A stretch of 64,000 bases of DNA from the human T2T-CHM13v2.0 reference genome, Homo sapiens. Positions 25,349-43,257 of this stretch are shown here, piece by piece (within the stretch, counting starts at the first letter, position 1; every line of letters begins with the position of its first letter). Position numbers and translations under genes: made by a program. The stretch is taken from the NCBI RefSeq assembly GCF_009914755.1, contig NC_060925.1, one strand, 5' to 3'. The notes under the pieces are model-generated. The model worked only from the letters and a program-made list of their open reading frames with translations, did not search any database and was not told the DNA's origin.

Positions 25349-27147
25349 GCTGAAGGAGGCGCCTGGCTGCCCCAAGAGCCCAGCCCGGCCCGGCCGTGCC
25401 CGCCGGATTGCAGCCGACACCGCCAGCCCGGGGCCGCGGGGCTCGGATCGGGGCCCCCCGAGCCGCTGGCCCGCGGCCTTCCCCCGGCTCCCGCGCTCCC
25501 GAGCTTCCACCACATCGGGCCCGCTCGGAGCAGGGAGTGCTCCGAGGCGTCAGGGCCCAGGGCCCACGATCCTGGGACGCCCTCCGGTCCTCCGCCCTGT
25601 CGCGGAGGCAGCGTTTTGGATCCCTCGCCGCACAGGGGCTCCTGCGAGGCCCCCTCTTGCCCCACCCACCCAGAGCCGTCAGGGCTGGCCGAAGGCGAAC
25701 AGCCGGCCCAGCCTCGCGGGGCCTTTCTCTCACAACGCCCCCACCACGGTCGCTTGTCCCGACCAAGACCCGGCCGGGGGGGCAAGAGGGCGTGGGGTGT
25801 AGCGGGTCGGGGGGTGGCCCTGTTTTGCCCCGGGCTGGCACTAGAGGCGGCGGCCTGATCTCGGGTGAGAGGGCCTGAGAGAAACCCAGACACACCCCAC
25901 CGCCACCAGGAGCAAATCCACTCCCCCACACACAGACACACCCGGGCGCGCTCGCACGCGCGCGCGCGGACACACACACACACACCCACACACAGACACA
26001 CACGCACACACGCACGCGCACACGCACGCACACACACACGCGGCTTGAAGGAGAGCAAGGACGAGATGGATCGAGAGATAGAGACCGAGGGAGGGAGAGA
26101 GACAGCGATCGAGAGAGACAGGGGAGGGCGAGAGGGAAGGAGACAGACAGAGAGGCTGAGAAAGAGAGAGGCACAGAGAAAGAGAGAGAGAGAGACAGAG
26201 AGACAGAGGGAAAACGACAGAAGTAGCGCGAGGTCCAGGGGGAAACCCAGAAGAGAGAGGCGGAGGGAGCTAGAGAGCGAGAGCGATAGAGCCTTAGAGA
26301 GGAAGCGCCCGGCTCCGTTAGGCAGCGCCCTCTTGAGCAGGCCGGGATAGGGTGGAGGGGGCTTGGGCTGCGCCCAGAACACGGGGGCCAGGCGGTCCGT
26401 GCGAGAGGACCAACGGAGCGCTGAGGCGGGCGTTTTCTTGGATGAATTGCTTGCTTTGGAGGTGGGTTTCGTAGGCTCCTGCCTTTCTTGGCACCTCCCT
26501 GTGCTCTGGGTGCCTTGCGGCGGGCCCCGAGATTTGCAGAGCGCGCCCGCCCGTTTGGCGGGAGCCGTGGCACCGGGCGGGCCCGGAGGCCTGGGTCTCT
26601 GGCGAGTCCTCGGGACTGGAGTCGTCGACACGAAGCGGGGGGCATTGGGAATCCCGGGTGCACAGGGCCTGCTTTCCCGGTGGCTGGCGAAGCAATGTCC
26701 TTCCCCCGGGTAAAGCAGCCCATGCGTTCCGGAGCCGACGTCTTGGCTGGCGTCTGTGGCACCCGCTGCCCCTGCCCGCCCCTTCCCCCGGTTTGGAAGG
26801 GTGCGACGACGGCGCCCGATGGGTGAATTGAATCGCCTGGGCGTTCCGGGAGCGGGAAGGCACCGCGAACGGCAGGGAACCCAGCGGCTGCGCCTTTGGG
26901 GCCCGGGCCCCTGCCCTCCCAGGCTGGAGCCGGGCTCCTGGCGGGGCGGCGGCGAGGCGGAAGCGGTGGGATGCTGCTGCCCAGCCGGCGTGCAGTAGGG
27001 GCGGACCCCCAGCAGGAGGACCCCGGCTGCGGGCTGCGGCGGGGGTGTAGGTGGGCGGTAAAGGGGGAGCAGAGTCAGGGGAGGTTGGGAAGCATGGCGA
27101 TTGTGGGGGGAAGGGAGGCAGCGGGGAAGCCACAAAAGCCTACAGCA

Positions 27148-27588
<441 letters not shown>

Positions 27589-29386
27589 GCTGAAGGAGGC
27601 GCCTGGCTGCCCCAAGAGCCCAGCCCGGCCCGGCCGTGCCCGCCGGATTGCAGCCGACACCGCCAGCCCGGGGCCGCGGGGCTCGGATCGGGGACCCCCG
27701 AGCCGCTGGCCCGCGGCCTTCCCCCGGCTCCCGCGCTCCCGAGCTTCCACCACATCGGGCCCGCTCGGAGCAGGGAGTGCTCCGAGGCGTCAGGGCCCAG
27801 GGCCCACGATCCTGGGACGCCCTCCGGTCCTCCGCCCTGTCGCGGAGGCAGCGTTTTGGATCCCTCGCCGCACAGGGGCTCCTGCGAGGCCCCCTCTTGC
27901 CCCACCCACCCAGAGCCGTCAGGGCTGGCCGAAGGCGAACAGCCGGCCCAGCCTCGCGGGGCCTTTCTCTCACAACGCCCCCACCACGGTCGCTTGTCCC
28001 GACCAAGACCCGGCCGGGGGGGCAAGAGGGCGTGGGGTGTAGCGGGTCGGGGGGTGGCCCTGTTTTGCCCCGGGCTGGCACTAGAGGCGGCGGCCTGATC
28101 TCGGGTGAGAGGGCCTGAGAGAAACCCAGACACACCCCACCGCCACCAGGAGCAAATCCACTCCCCCACACACAGACACACCCGGGCGCGCTCGCACGCG
28201 CGCGCGCGGACACACACACACACACACACACACAGACACACACGCACACACGCACGCGCACACGCACGCACACACACACGCGGCTTGAAGGAGAGCAAGG
28301 ACGAGATGGATCGAGAGATAGAGACCGAGGGAGGGAGAGAGACAGCGATCGAGAGAGACAGGGGAGGGCGAGAGGGAAGGAGACAGACAGAGAGGCTGAG
28401 AAAGAGAGAGGCACAGAGAAAGAGAGAGAGAGAGACAGAGAGACAGAGGGAAAACGACAGAAGTAGCGCGAGGTCCAGGGGGAAACCCAGAAGAGAGAGG
28501 CGGAGGGAGCTAGAGAGCGAGAGCGATAGAGCCTTAGAGAGGAAGCGCCCGGCTCCGTTAGGCAGCGCCCTCTTGAGCAGGCCGGGATAGGGTGGAGGGG
28601 GCTTGGGCTGCGCCCAGAACACGGGGGCCAGGCGGTCCGTGCGAGAGGACCAACGGAGCGCTGAGGCGGGCGTTTTCTTGGATGAATTGCTTGCTTTGGA
28701 GGTGGGTTTCGTAGGCTCCTGCCTTTCTTGGCACCTCCCTGTGCTCTGGGTGCCTTGCGGCGGGCCCCGAGATTTGCAGAGCGCGCCCGCCCGTTTGGCG
28801 GGAGCCGTGGCACCGGGCGGGCCCGGAGGCCTGGGTCTCTGGCGAGTCCTCGGGACTGGAGTCGTCGACACGAAGCGGGGGGCATTGGGAATCCCGGGTG
28901 CACAGGGCCTGCTTTCCCGGTGGCTGGCGAAGCAATGTCCTTCCCCCGGGTAAAGCAGCCCATGCGTTCCGGAGCCGACGTCTTGGCTGGCGTCTGTGGC
29001 ACCCGCTGCCCCTGCCCGCCCCTTCCCCCGGTTTGGAAGGGTGCGACGACGGCGCCCGATGGGTGAATTGAATCTCCTGGGCGTTCCGGGAGCGGGAAGG
29101 CACCGCGAACGGCAGGGAACCCAGCGGCTGCGCCTTTGGGGCCCGGCCCCCTGCCCTCCCAGGCTGGAGCCGGGCTCCTGGCGGGGCGGCGGCGAGGCGG
29201 AAGCGGTGGGATGCTGCTGCCCGGCCGGCGTGCAGTAGGGGCGGACCCCCAGCAGGAGGACCCCGGCTGCGGCTGCAGCGGGGGTGTAGGTGGGCGGTAA
29301 AGGGGGAGCAGAGTCAGGGGAGGTTGGGAAGCATGGCGATTGTGGGGGGAAGGGAGGCAGCGGGGAAGCCACAAAAGCCTACAGCA

Positions 29387-29827
<441 letters not shown>

Positions 29828-31626
29828 GCTGAAGGAGGCGCCTGGCTGCCCCAAGAGCCCAGCCCGGCCCGGCCGTGCCCGCCGGATTGCAGCCGACACC
29901 GCCAGCCCGGGGCCGCGGGGCTCGGATCGGGGCCCCCCGAGCCGCTGGCCCGCGGCCTTCCCCCGGCTCCCGCGCTCCCGAGCTTCCACCACATCGGGCC
30001 CGCTCGGAGCAGGGAGTGCTCCGAGGCGTCAGGGCCCAGGGCCCACGATCCTGGGACGCCCTCCGGTCCTCCGCCCTGTCGCGGAGGCAGCGTTTTGGAT
30101 CCCTCGCCGCACAGGGGCTCCTGCGAGGCCCCCTCTTGCCCCACCCACCCAGAGCCGTCAGGGCTGGCCGAAGGCGAACAGCCGGCCCAGCCTCGCGGGG
30201 CCTTTCTCTCACAACGCCCCCACCACGGTCGCTTGTCCCGACCAAGACCCGGCCGGGGGGGCAAGAGGGCGTGGGGTGTAGCGGGTCGGGGGGTGGCCCT
30301 GTTTTGCCCCGGGCTGGCACTAGAGGCGGCGGCCTGATCTCGGGTGAGAGGGCCTGAGAGAAACCCAGACACACCCCACCGCCACCAGGAGCAAATCCAC
30401 TCCCCCACACACAGACACACCCGGGCGCGCTCGCACGCGCGCGCGCGGACACACACACACACACACACACACAGACACACACGCACACACGCACGCGCAC
30501 ACGCACGCACACACACACGCGGCTTGAAGGAGAGCAAGGACGAGATGGATCGAGAGATAGAGACCGAGGGAGGGAGAGAGACAGCGATCGAGAGAGACAG
30601 GGGAGGGCGAGAGGGAAGGAGACAGACAGAGAGGCTGAGAAAGAGAGAGGCACAGAGAAAGAGAGAGAGAGAGACAGAGAGACAGAGGGAAAACGACAGA
30701 AGTAGCGCGAGGTCCAGGGGGAAACCCAGAAGAGAGAGGCGGAGGGAGCTAGAGAGCGAGAGCGATAGAGCCTTAGAGAGGAAGCGCCCGGCTCCGTTAG
30801 GCAGCGCCCTCTTGAGCAGGCCGGGATAGGGTGGAGGGGGCTTGGGCTGCGCCCAGAACACGGGGGCCAGGCGGTCCGTGCGAGAGGACCAACGGAGCGC
30901 TGAGGCGGGCGTTTTCTTGGATGAATTGCTTGCTTTGGAGGTGGGTTTCGTAGGCTCCTGCCTTTCTTGGCACCTCCCTGTGCTCTGGGTGCCTTGCGGC
31001 GGGCCCCGAGATTTGCAGAGCGCGCCCGCCCGTTTGGCGGGAGCCGTGGCACCGGGCGGGCCCGGAGGCCTGGGTCTCTGGCGAGTCCTCGGGACTGGAG
31101 TCGTCGACACGAAGCGGGGGGCATTGGGAATCCCGGGTGCACAGGGCCTGCTTTCCCGGTGGCTGGCGAAGCAATGTCCTTCCCCCGGGTAAAGCAGCCC
31201 ATGCGTTCCGGAGCCGACGTCTTGGCTGGCGTCTGTGGCACCCGCTGCCCCTGCCCGCCCCTTCCCCCGGTTTGGAAGGGTGCGACGACGGCGCCCGATG
31301 GGTGAATTGAATCGCCTGGGCGTTCCGGGAGCGGGAAGGCACCGCGAACGGCAGGGAACCCAGCGGCTGCGCCTTTGGGGCCCGGGCCCCTGCCCTCCCA
31401 GGCTGGAGCCGGGCTCCTGGCGGGGCGGCGGCGAGGCGGAAGCGGTGGGATGCTGCTGCCCAGCCGGCGTGCAGTAGGGGCGGACCCCCAGCAGGAGGAC
31501 CCCGGCTGCGGGCTGCGGCGGGGGTGTAGGTGGGCGGTAAAGGGGGAGCAGAGTCAGGGGAGGTTGGGAAGCATGGCGACTGTGGGGGGAAGGGAGGCAG
31601 CGGGGAAGCCACAAAAGCCTACAGCA

Positions 31627-32067
<441 letters not shown>

Positions 32068-33865
32068 GCTGAAGGAGGCGCCTGGCTGCCCCAAGAGCCC
32101 AGCCCGGCCCGGCCGTGCCCGCCGGATTGCAGCCGACACCGCCAGCCCGGGGCCGCGGGGCTCGGATCGGGGACCCCCGAGCCGCTGGCCCGCGGCCTTC
32201 CCCCGGCTCCCGCGCTCCCGAGCTTCCACCACATCGGGCCCGCTCGGAGCAGGGAGTGCTCCGAGGCGTCAGGGCCCAGGGCCCACGATCCTGGGACGCC
32301 CTCCGGTCCTCCGCCCTGTCGCGGAGGCAGCGTTTTGGATCCCTCGCCGCACAGGGGCTCCTGCGAGGCCCCCTCTTGCCCCACCCACCCAGAGCCGTCA
32401 GGGCTGGCCGAAGGCGAACAGCCGGCCCAGCCTCGCGGGGCCTTTCTCTCACAACGCCCCCACCACGGTCGCTTGTCCCGACCAAGACCCGGCCGGGGGG
32501 GCAAGAGGGCGTGGGGTGTAGCGGGTCGGGGGGTGGCCCTGTTTTGCCCCGGGCTGGCACTAGAGGCGGCGGCCTGATCTCGGGTGAGAGGGCCTGAGAG
32601 AAACCCAGACACACCCCACCGCCACCAGGAGCAAATCCACTCCCCCACACACAGACACACCCGGGCGCGCTCGCACGCGCGCGCGCGGACACACACACAC
32701 ACACCCACACACAGACACACACGCACACACGCACGCGCACACGCACGCACACACACACGCGGCTTGAAGGAGAGCAAGGACGAGATGGATCGAGAGATAG
32801 AGACCGAGGGAGGGAGAGAGACAGCGATCGAGAGAGACAGGGGAGGGCGAGAGGGAAGGAGACAGACAGAGAGGCTGAGAAAGAGAGAGGCACAGAGAAA
32901 GAGAGAGAGAGAGACAGAGAGACAGAGGGAAAACGACAGAAGTAGCGCGAGGTCCAGGGGGAAACCCAGAAGAGAGAGGCGGAGGGAGCTAGAGAGCGAG
33001 AGCGATAGAGCCTTAGAGAGGAAGCGCCCGGCTCCGTTAGGCAGCGCCCTCTTGAGCAGGCCGGGATAGGGTGGAGGGGGCTTGGGCTGCGCCCAGAACA
33101 CGGGGGCCAGGCGGTCCGTGCGAGAGGACCAACGGAGCGCTGAGGCGGGCGTTTTCTTGGATGAATTGCTTGCTTTGGAGGTGGGTTTCGTAGGCTCCTG
33201 CCTTTCTTGGCACCTCCCTGTGCTCTGGGTGCCTTGCGGCGGGCCCCGAGATTTGCAGAGCGCGCCCGCCCGTTTGGCGGGAGCCGTGGCACCGGGCGGG
33301 CCCGGAGGCCTGGGTCTCTGGCGAGTCCTCGGGACTGGAGTCGTCGACACGAAGCGGGGGGCATTGGGAATCCCGGGTGCACAGGGCCTGCTTTCCCGGT
33401 GGCTGGCGAAGCAATGTCCTTCCCCCGGGTAAAGCAGCCCATGCGTTCCGGAGCCGACGTCTTGGCTGGCGTCTGTGGCACCCGCTGCCCCTGCCCGCCC
33501 CTTCCCCCGGTTTGGAAGGGTGCGACGACGGCGCCCGATGGGTGAATTGAATCTCCTGGGCGTTCCGGGAGCGGGAAGGCACCGCGAACGGCAGGGAACC
33601 CAGCGGCTGCGCCTTTGGGGCCCGGCCCCCTGCCCTCCCAGGCTGGAGCCGGGCTCCTGGCGGGGCGGCGGCGAGGCGGAAGCGGTGGGATGCTGCTGCC
33701 CGGCCGGCGTGCAGTAGGGGCGGACCCCCAGCAGGAGGACCCCGGCTGCGGCTGCAGCGGGGGTGTAGGTGGGCGGTAAAGGGGGAGCAGAGTCAGGGGA
33801 GGTTGGGAAGCATGGCGATTGTGGGGGGAAGGGAGGCAGCGGGGAAGCCACAAAAGCCTACAGCA

Positions 33866-34306
<441 letters not shown>

Positions 34307-36105
34307 GCTGAAGGAGGCGCCTGGCTGCCCCAAGAGCCCAGCCCGGCCCGGCCGTGCCCGCCGGATTGCAGCCGACACCGCCAGCCCGGGGCCGCGGGGC
34401 TCGGATCGGGGACCCCCGAGCCGCTGGCCCGCGGCCTTCCCCCGGCTCCCGCGCTCCCGAGCTTCCACCACATCGGGCCCGCTCGGAGCAGGGAGTGCTC
34501 CGAGGCGTCAGGGCCCAGGGCCCACGATCCTGGGACGCCCTCCGGTCCTCCGCCCTGTCGCGGAGGCAGCGTTTTGGATCCCTCGCCGCACAGGGGCTCC
34601 TGCGAGGCCCCCTCTTGCCCCACCCACCCAGAGCCGTCAGGGCTGGCCGAAGGCGAACAGCCGGCCCAGCCTCGCGGGGCCTTTCTCTCACAACGCCCCC
34701 ACCACGGTCGCTTGTCCCGACCAAGACCCGGCCGGGGGGGCAAGAGGGCGTGGGGTGTAGCGGGTCGGGGGGTGGCCCTGTTTTGCCCCGGGCTGGCACT
34801 AGAGGCGGCGGCCTGATCTCGGGTGAGAGGGCCTGAGAGAAACCCAGACACACCCCACCGCCACCAGGAGCAAATCCACTCCCCCACACACAGACACACC
34901 CGGGCGCGCTCGCACGCGCGCGCGCGGACACACACACACACACCCACACACAGACACACACGCACACACGCACGCGCACACGCACGCACACACACACGCG
35001 GCTTGAAGGAGAGCAAGGACGAGATGGATCGAGAGATAGAGACCGAGGGAGGGAGAGAGACAGCGATCGAGAGAGACAGGGGAGGGCGAGAGGGAAGGAG
35101 ACAGACAGAGAGGCTGAGAAAGAGAGAGGCACAGAGAAAGAGAGAGAGAGAGACAGAGAGACAGAGGGAAAACGACAGAAGTAGCGCGAGGTCCAGGGGG
35201 AAACCCAGAAGAGAGAGGCGGAGGGAGCTAGAGAGCGAGAGCGATAGAGCCTTAGAGAGGAAGCGCCCGGCTCCGTTAGGCAGCGCCCTCTTGAGCAGGC
35301 CGGGATAGGGTGGAGGGGGCTTGGGCTGCGCCCAGAACACGGGGGCCAGGCGGTCCGTGCGAGAGGACCAACGGAGCGCTGAGGCGGGCGTTTTCTTGGA
35401 TGAATTGCTTGCTTTGGAGGTGGGTTTCGTAGGCTCCTGCCTTTCTTGGCACCTCCCTGTGCTCTGGGTGCCTTGCGGCGGGCCCCGAGATTTGCAGAGC
35501 GCGCCCGCCCGTTTGGCGGGAGCCGTGGCACCGGGCGGGCCCGGAGGCCTGGGTCTCTGGCGAGTCCTCGGGACTGGAGTCGTCGACACGAAGCGGGGGG
35601 CATTGGGAATCCCGGGTGCACAGGGCCTGCTTTCCCGGTGGCTGGCGAAGCAATGTCCTTCCCCCGGGTAAAGCAGCCCATGCGTTCCGGAGCCGACGTC
35701 TTGGCTGGCGTCTGTGGCACCCGCTGCCCCTGCCCGCCCCTTCCCCCGGTTTGGAAGGGTGCGACGACGGCGCCCGATGGGTGAATTGAATCGCCTGGGC
35801 GTTCCGGGAGCGGGAAGGCACCGCGAACGGCAGGGAACCCAGCGGCTGCGCCTTTGGGGCCCGGGCCCCTGCCCTCCCAGGCTGGAGCCGGGCTCCTGGC
35901 GGGGCGGCGGCGAGGCGGAAGCGGTGGGATGCTGCTGCCCGGCCGGCGTGCAGTAGGGGCGGACCCCCAGCAGGAGGACCCCGGCTGCGGGCTGCGGCGG
36001 GGGTGTAGGTGGGCGGTAAAGGGGGAGCAGAGTCAGGGGAGGTTGGGAAGCATGGCGATTGTGGGGGGAAGGGAGGCAGCGGGGAAGCCACAAAAGCCTA
36101 CAGCA

Positions 36106-36546
<441 letters not shown>

Positions 36547-38336
36547 GCTGAAGGAGGCGCCTGGCTGCCCCAAGAGCCCAGCCCGGCCCGGCCGTGCCCG
36601 CCGGATTGCAGCCGACACCGCCAGCCCGGGGCCGCGGGGCTCGGATCGGGGACCCCCGAGCCGCTGGCCCGCGGCCTTCCCCCGGCTCCCGCGCTCCCGA
36701 GCTTCCACCACATCGGGCCCGCTCGGAGCAGGGAGTGCTCCGAGGCGTCAGGGCCCAGGGCCCACGATCCTGGGACGCCCTCCGGTCCTCCGCCCTGTCG
36801 CGGAGGCAGCGTTTTGGATCCCTCGCCGCACAGGGGCTCCTGCGAGGCCCCCTCTTGCCCCACCCACCCAGAGCCGTCAGGGCTGGCCGAAGGCGAACAG
36901 CCGGCCCAGCCTCGCGGGGCCTTTCTCTCACAACGCCCCCACCACGGTCGCTTGTCCCGACCAAGACCCGGCCGGGGGGGCAAGAGGGCGTGGGGTGTAG
37001 CGGGTCGGGGGGTGGCCCTGTTTTGCCCCGGGCTGGCACTAGAGGCGGCGGCCTGATCTCGGGTGAGAGGGCCTGAGAGAAACCCAGACACACCCCACCG
37101 CCACCAGGAGCAAATCCACTCCCCCACACACAGACACACCCGGGCGAGCTCGCACGCGCGCGCGCGGACACACACACACACACAGACACACACGCACACA
37201 CGCACGCGCACACGCACGCACACACACACGCGGCTTGAAGGAGAGCAAGGACGAGATGGATCGAGAGATAGAGACCGAGGGAGGGAGAGAGACAGCGATC
37301 GAGAGAGACAGGGGAGGGCGAGAGGGAAGGAGACAGACAGAGAGGCTGAGAAAGAGAGAGGCACAGAGAAAGAGAGAGAGAGAGACAGAGAGACAGAGGG
37401 AAAACGACAGAAGTAGCGCGAGGTCCAGGGGGAAACCCAGAAGAGAGCGGCGGAGGGAGCTAGAGAGCGAGAGCGATAGAGCCTTAGAGAGGAAGCGCCC
37501 GGCTCCGTTAGGCAGCGCCCTCTTGAGCAGGCCGGGATAGGGTGGAGGGGGCTTGGGCTGCGCCCAGAACACGGGGGCCAGGCGGTCCGTGCGAGAGGAC
37601 CAACGGAGCGCTGAGGCGGGCGTTTTCTTGGATGAATTGCTTGCTTTGGAGGTGGGTTTCGTAGGCTCCTGCCTTTCTTGGCACCTCCCTGTGCTCTGGG
37701 TGCCTTGCGGCGGGCCCCGAGATTTGCAGAGCGCGCCCGCCCGTTTGGCGGGAGCCGTGGCACCGGGCGGGCCCGGAGGCCTGGGTCTCTGGCGAGTCCT
37801 CGGGACTGGAGTCGTCGACACGAAGCGGGGGGCATTGGGAATCCCGGGTGCACAGGGCCTGCTTTCCCGGTGGCTGGCGAAGCAATGTCCTTCCCCCGGG
37901 TAAAGCAGCCCATGCGTTCCGGAGCCGACGTCTTGGCTGGCGTCTGTGGCACCCGCTGCCCCTGCCCGCCCCTTCCCCCGGTTTGGAAGGGTGCGACGAC
38001 GGCGCCCGATGGGTGAATTGAATCTCCTGGGCGTTCCGGGAGCGGGAAGGCACCGCGAACGGCAGGGAACCCAGCGGCTGCGCCTTTGGGGCCCGGCCCC
38101 CTGCCCTCCCAGGCTGGAGCCGGGCTCCTGGCGGGGCGGCGGCGAGGCGGAAGCGGTGGGATGCTGCTGCCCGGCCGGCGTGCAGTAGGGGCGGACCCCC
38201 AGCAGGAGGACCCCGGCTGCGGCTGCAGCGGGGGTGTAGGTGGGCGGTAAAGGGGGAGCAGAGTCAGGGGAGGTTGGGAAGCATGGCGATTGTGGGGGGA
38301 AGGGAGGCAGCGGGGAAGCCACAAAAGCCTACAGCA

Positions 38337-38777
<441 letters not shown>

Positions 38778-40576
38778 GCTGAAGGAGGCGCCTGGCTGCC
38801 CCAAGAGCCCAGCCCGGCCCGGCCGTGCCCGCCGGATTGCAGCCGACACCGCCAGCCCGGGGCCGCGGGGCTCGGATCGGGGCCCCCCGAGCCGCTGGCC
38901 CGCGGCCTTCCCCCGGCTCCCGCGCTCCCGAGCTTCCACCACATCGGGCCCGCTCGGAGCAGGGAGTGCTCCGAGGCGTCAGGGCCCAGGGCCCACGATC
39001 CTGGGACGCCCTCCGGTCCTCCGCCCTGTCGCGGAGGCAGCGTTTTGGATCCCTCGCCGCACAGGGGCTCCTGCGAGGCCCCCTCTTGCCCCACCCACCC
39101 AGAGCCGTCAGGGCTGGCCGAAGGCGAACAGCCGGCCCAGCCTCGCGGGGCCTTTCTCTCACAACGCCCCCACCACGGTCGCTTGTCCCGACCAAGACCC
39201 GGCCGGGGGGGCAAGAGGGCGTGGGGTGTAGCGGGTCGGGGGGTGGCCCTGTTTTGCCCCGGGCTGGCACTAGAGGCGGCGGCCTGATCTCGGGTGAGAG
39301 GGCCTGAGAGAAACCCAGACACACCCCACCGCCACCAGGAGCAAATCCACTCCCCCACACACAGACACACCCGGGCGCGCTCGCACGCGCGCGCGCGGAC
39401 ACACACACACACACCCACACACAGACACACACGCACACACGCACGCGCACACGCACGCACACACACACGCGGCTTGAAGGAGAGCAAGGACGAGATGGAT
39501 CGAGAGATAGAGACCGAGGGAGGGAGAGAGACAGCGATCGAGAGAGACAGGGGAGGGCGAGAGGGAAGGAGACAGACAGAGAGGCTGAGAAAGAGAGAGG
39601 CACAGAGAAAGAGAGAGAGAGAGACAGAGAGACAGAGGGAAAACGACAGAAGTAGCGCGAGGTCCAGGGGGAAACCCAGAAGAGAGAGGCGGAGGGAGCT
39701 AGAGAGCGAGAGCGATAGAGCCTTAGAGAGGAAGCGCCCGGCTCCGTTAGGCAGCGCCCTCTTGAGCAGGCCGGGATAGGGTGGAGGGGGCTTGGGCTGC
39801 GCCCAGAACACGGGGGCCAGGCGGTCCGTGCGAGAGGACCAACGGAGCGCTGAGGCGGGCGTTTTCTTGGATGAATTGCTTGCTTTGGAGGTGGGTTTCG
39901 TAGGCTCCTGCCTTTCTTGGCACCTCCCTGTGCTCTGGGTGCCTTGCGGCGGGCCCCGAGATTTGCAGAGCGCGCCCGCCCGTTTGGCGGGAGCCGTGGC
40001 ACCGGGCGGGCCCGGAGGCCTGGGTCTCTGGCGAGTCCTCGGGACTGGAGTCGTCGACACGAAGCGGGGGGCATTGGGAATCCCGGGTGCACAGGGCCTG
40101 CTTTCCCGGTGGCTGGCGAAGCAATGTCCTTCCCCCGGGTAAAGCAGCCCATGCGTTCCGGAGCCGACGTCTTGGCTGGCGTCTGTGGCACCCGCTGCCC
40201 CTGCCCGCCCCTTCCCCCGGTTTGGAAGGGTGCGACGACGGCGCCCGATGGGTGAATTGAATCGCCTGGGCGTTCCGGGAGCGGGAAGGCACCGCGAACG
40301 GCAGGGAACCCAGCGGCTGCGCCTTTGGGGCCCGGGCCCCTGCCCTCCCAGGCTGGAGCCGGGCTCCTGGCGGGGCGGCGGCGAGGCGGAAGCGGTGGGA
40401 TGCTGCTGCCCGGCCGGCGTGCAGTAGGGGCGGACCCCCAGCAGGAGGACCCCGGCTGCGGGCTGCGGCGGGGGTGTAGGTGGGCGGTAAAGGGGGAGCA
40501 GAGTCAGGGGAGGTTGGGAAGCATGGCGATTGTGGGGGGAAGGGAGGCAGCGGGGAAGCCACAAAAGCCTACAGCA

Positions 40577-41017
<441 letters not shown>

Positions 41018-42816
41018 GCTGAAGGAGGCGCCTGGCTGCCCCAAGAGCCCAGCCCGGCCCGGCCGTGCCCGCCGGATTGCAGCCGACACCGCCAGCCCGG
41101 GGCCGCGGGGCTCGGATCGGGGACCCCCGAGCCGCTGGCCCGCGGCCTTCCCCCGGCTCCCGCGCTCCCGAGCTTCCACCACATCGGGCCCGCTCGGAGC
41201 AGGGAGTGCTCCGAGGCGTCAGGGCCCAGGGCCCACGATCCTGGGACGCCCTCCGGTCCTCCGCCCTGTCGCGGAGGCAGCGTTTTGGATCCCTCGCCGC
41301 ACAGGGGCTCCTGCGAGGCCCCCTCTTGCCCCACCCACCCAGAGCCGTCAGGGCTGGCCGAAGGCGAACAGCCGGCCCAGCCTCGCGGGGCCTTTCTCTC
41401 ACAACGCCCCCACCACGGTCGCTTGTCCCGACCAAGACCCGGCCGGGGGGGCAAGAGGGCGTGGGGTGTAGCGGGTCGGGGGGTGGCCCTGTTTTGCCCC
41501 GGGCTGGCACTAGAGGCGGCGGCCTGATCTCGGGTGAGAGGGCCTGAGAGAAACCCAGACACACCCCACCGCCACCAGGAGCAAATCCACTCCCCCACAC
41601 ACAGACACACCCGGGCGCGCTCGCACGCGCGCGCGCGGACACACACACACACACCCACACACAGACACACACGCACACACTCACGCGCACACGCACGCAC
41701 ACACACACGCGGCTTGAAGGAGAGCAAGGACGAGATGGATCGAGAGATAGAGACCGAGGGAGGGAGAGAGACAGCGATCGAGAGAGACAGGGGAGGGCGA
41801 GAGGGAAGGAGACAGACAGAGAGGCTGAGAAAGAGAGAGGCACAGAGAAAGAGAGAGAGAGAGACAGAGAGACAGAGGGAAAACGACAGAAGTAGCGCGA
41901 GGTCCAGGGGGAAACCCAGAAGAGAGAGGCGGAGGGAGCTAGAGAGCGAGAGCGATAGAGCCTTAGAGAGGAAGCGCCCGGCTCCGTTAGGCAGCGCCCT
42001 CTTGAGCAGGCCGGGATAGGGTGGAGGGGGCTTGGGCTGCGCCCAGAACACGGGGGCCAGGCGGTCCGTGCGAGAGGACCAACGGAGCGCTGAGGCGGGC
42101 GTTTTCTTGGATGAATTGCTTGCTTTGGAGGTGGGTTTCGTAGGCTCCTGCCTTTCTTGGCACCTCCCTGTGCTCTGGGTGCCTTGCGGCGGGCCCCGAG
42201 ATTTGCAGAGCGCGCCCGCCCGTTTGGCGGGAGCCGTGGCACCGGGCGGGCCCGGAGGCCTGGGTCTCTGGCGAGTCCTCGGGACTGGAGTCGTCGACAC
42301 GAAGCGGGGGGCATTGGGAATCCCGGGTGCACAGGGCCTGCTTTCCCGGTGGCTGGCGAAGCAATGTCCTTCCCCCGGGTAAAGCAGCCCATGCGTTCCG
42401 GAGCCGACGTCTTGGCTGGCGTCTGTGGCACCCGCTGCCCCTGCCCGCCCCTTCCCCCGGTTTGGAAGGGTGCGACGACGGCGCCCGATGGGTGAATTGA
42501 ATCGCCTGGGCGTTCCGGGAGCGGGAAGGCACCGCGAACGGCAGGGAACCCAGCGGCTGCGCCTTTGGGGCCCGGGCCCCTGCCCTCCCAGGCTGGAGCC
42601 GGGCTCCTGGCGGGGCGGCGGCGAGGCGGAAGCGGTGGGATGCTGCTGCCCGGCCGGCGTGCAGTAGGGGCGGACCCCCAGCAGGAGGACCCCGGCTGCG
42701 GGCTGCGGCGGGGGTGTAGGTGGGCGGTAAAGGGGGAGCAGAGTCAGGGGAGGTTGGGAAGCATGGCGATTGTGGGGGGAAGGGAGGCAGCGGGGAAGCC
42801 ACAAAAGCCTACAGCA

Positions 42817-43257
<441 letters not shown>
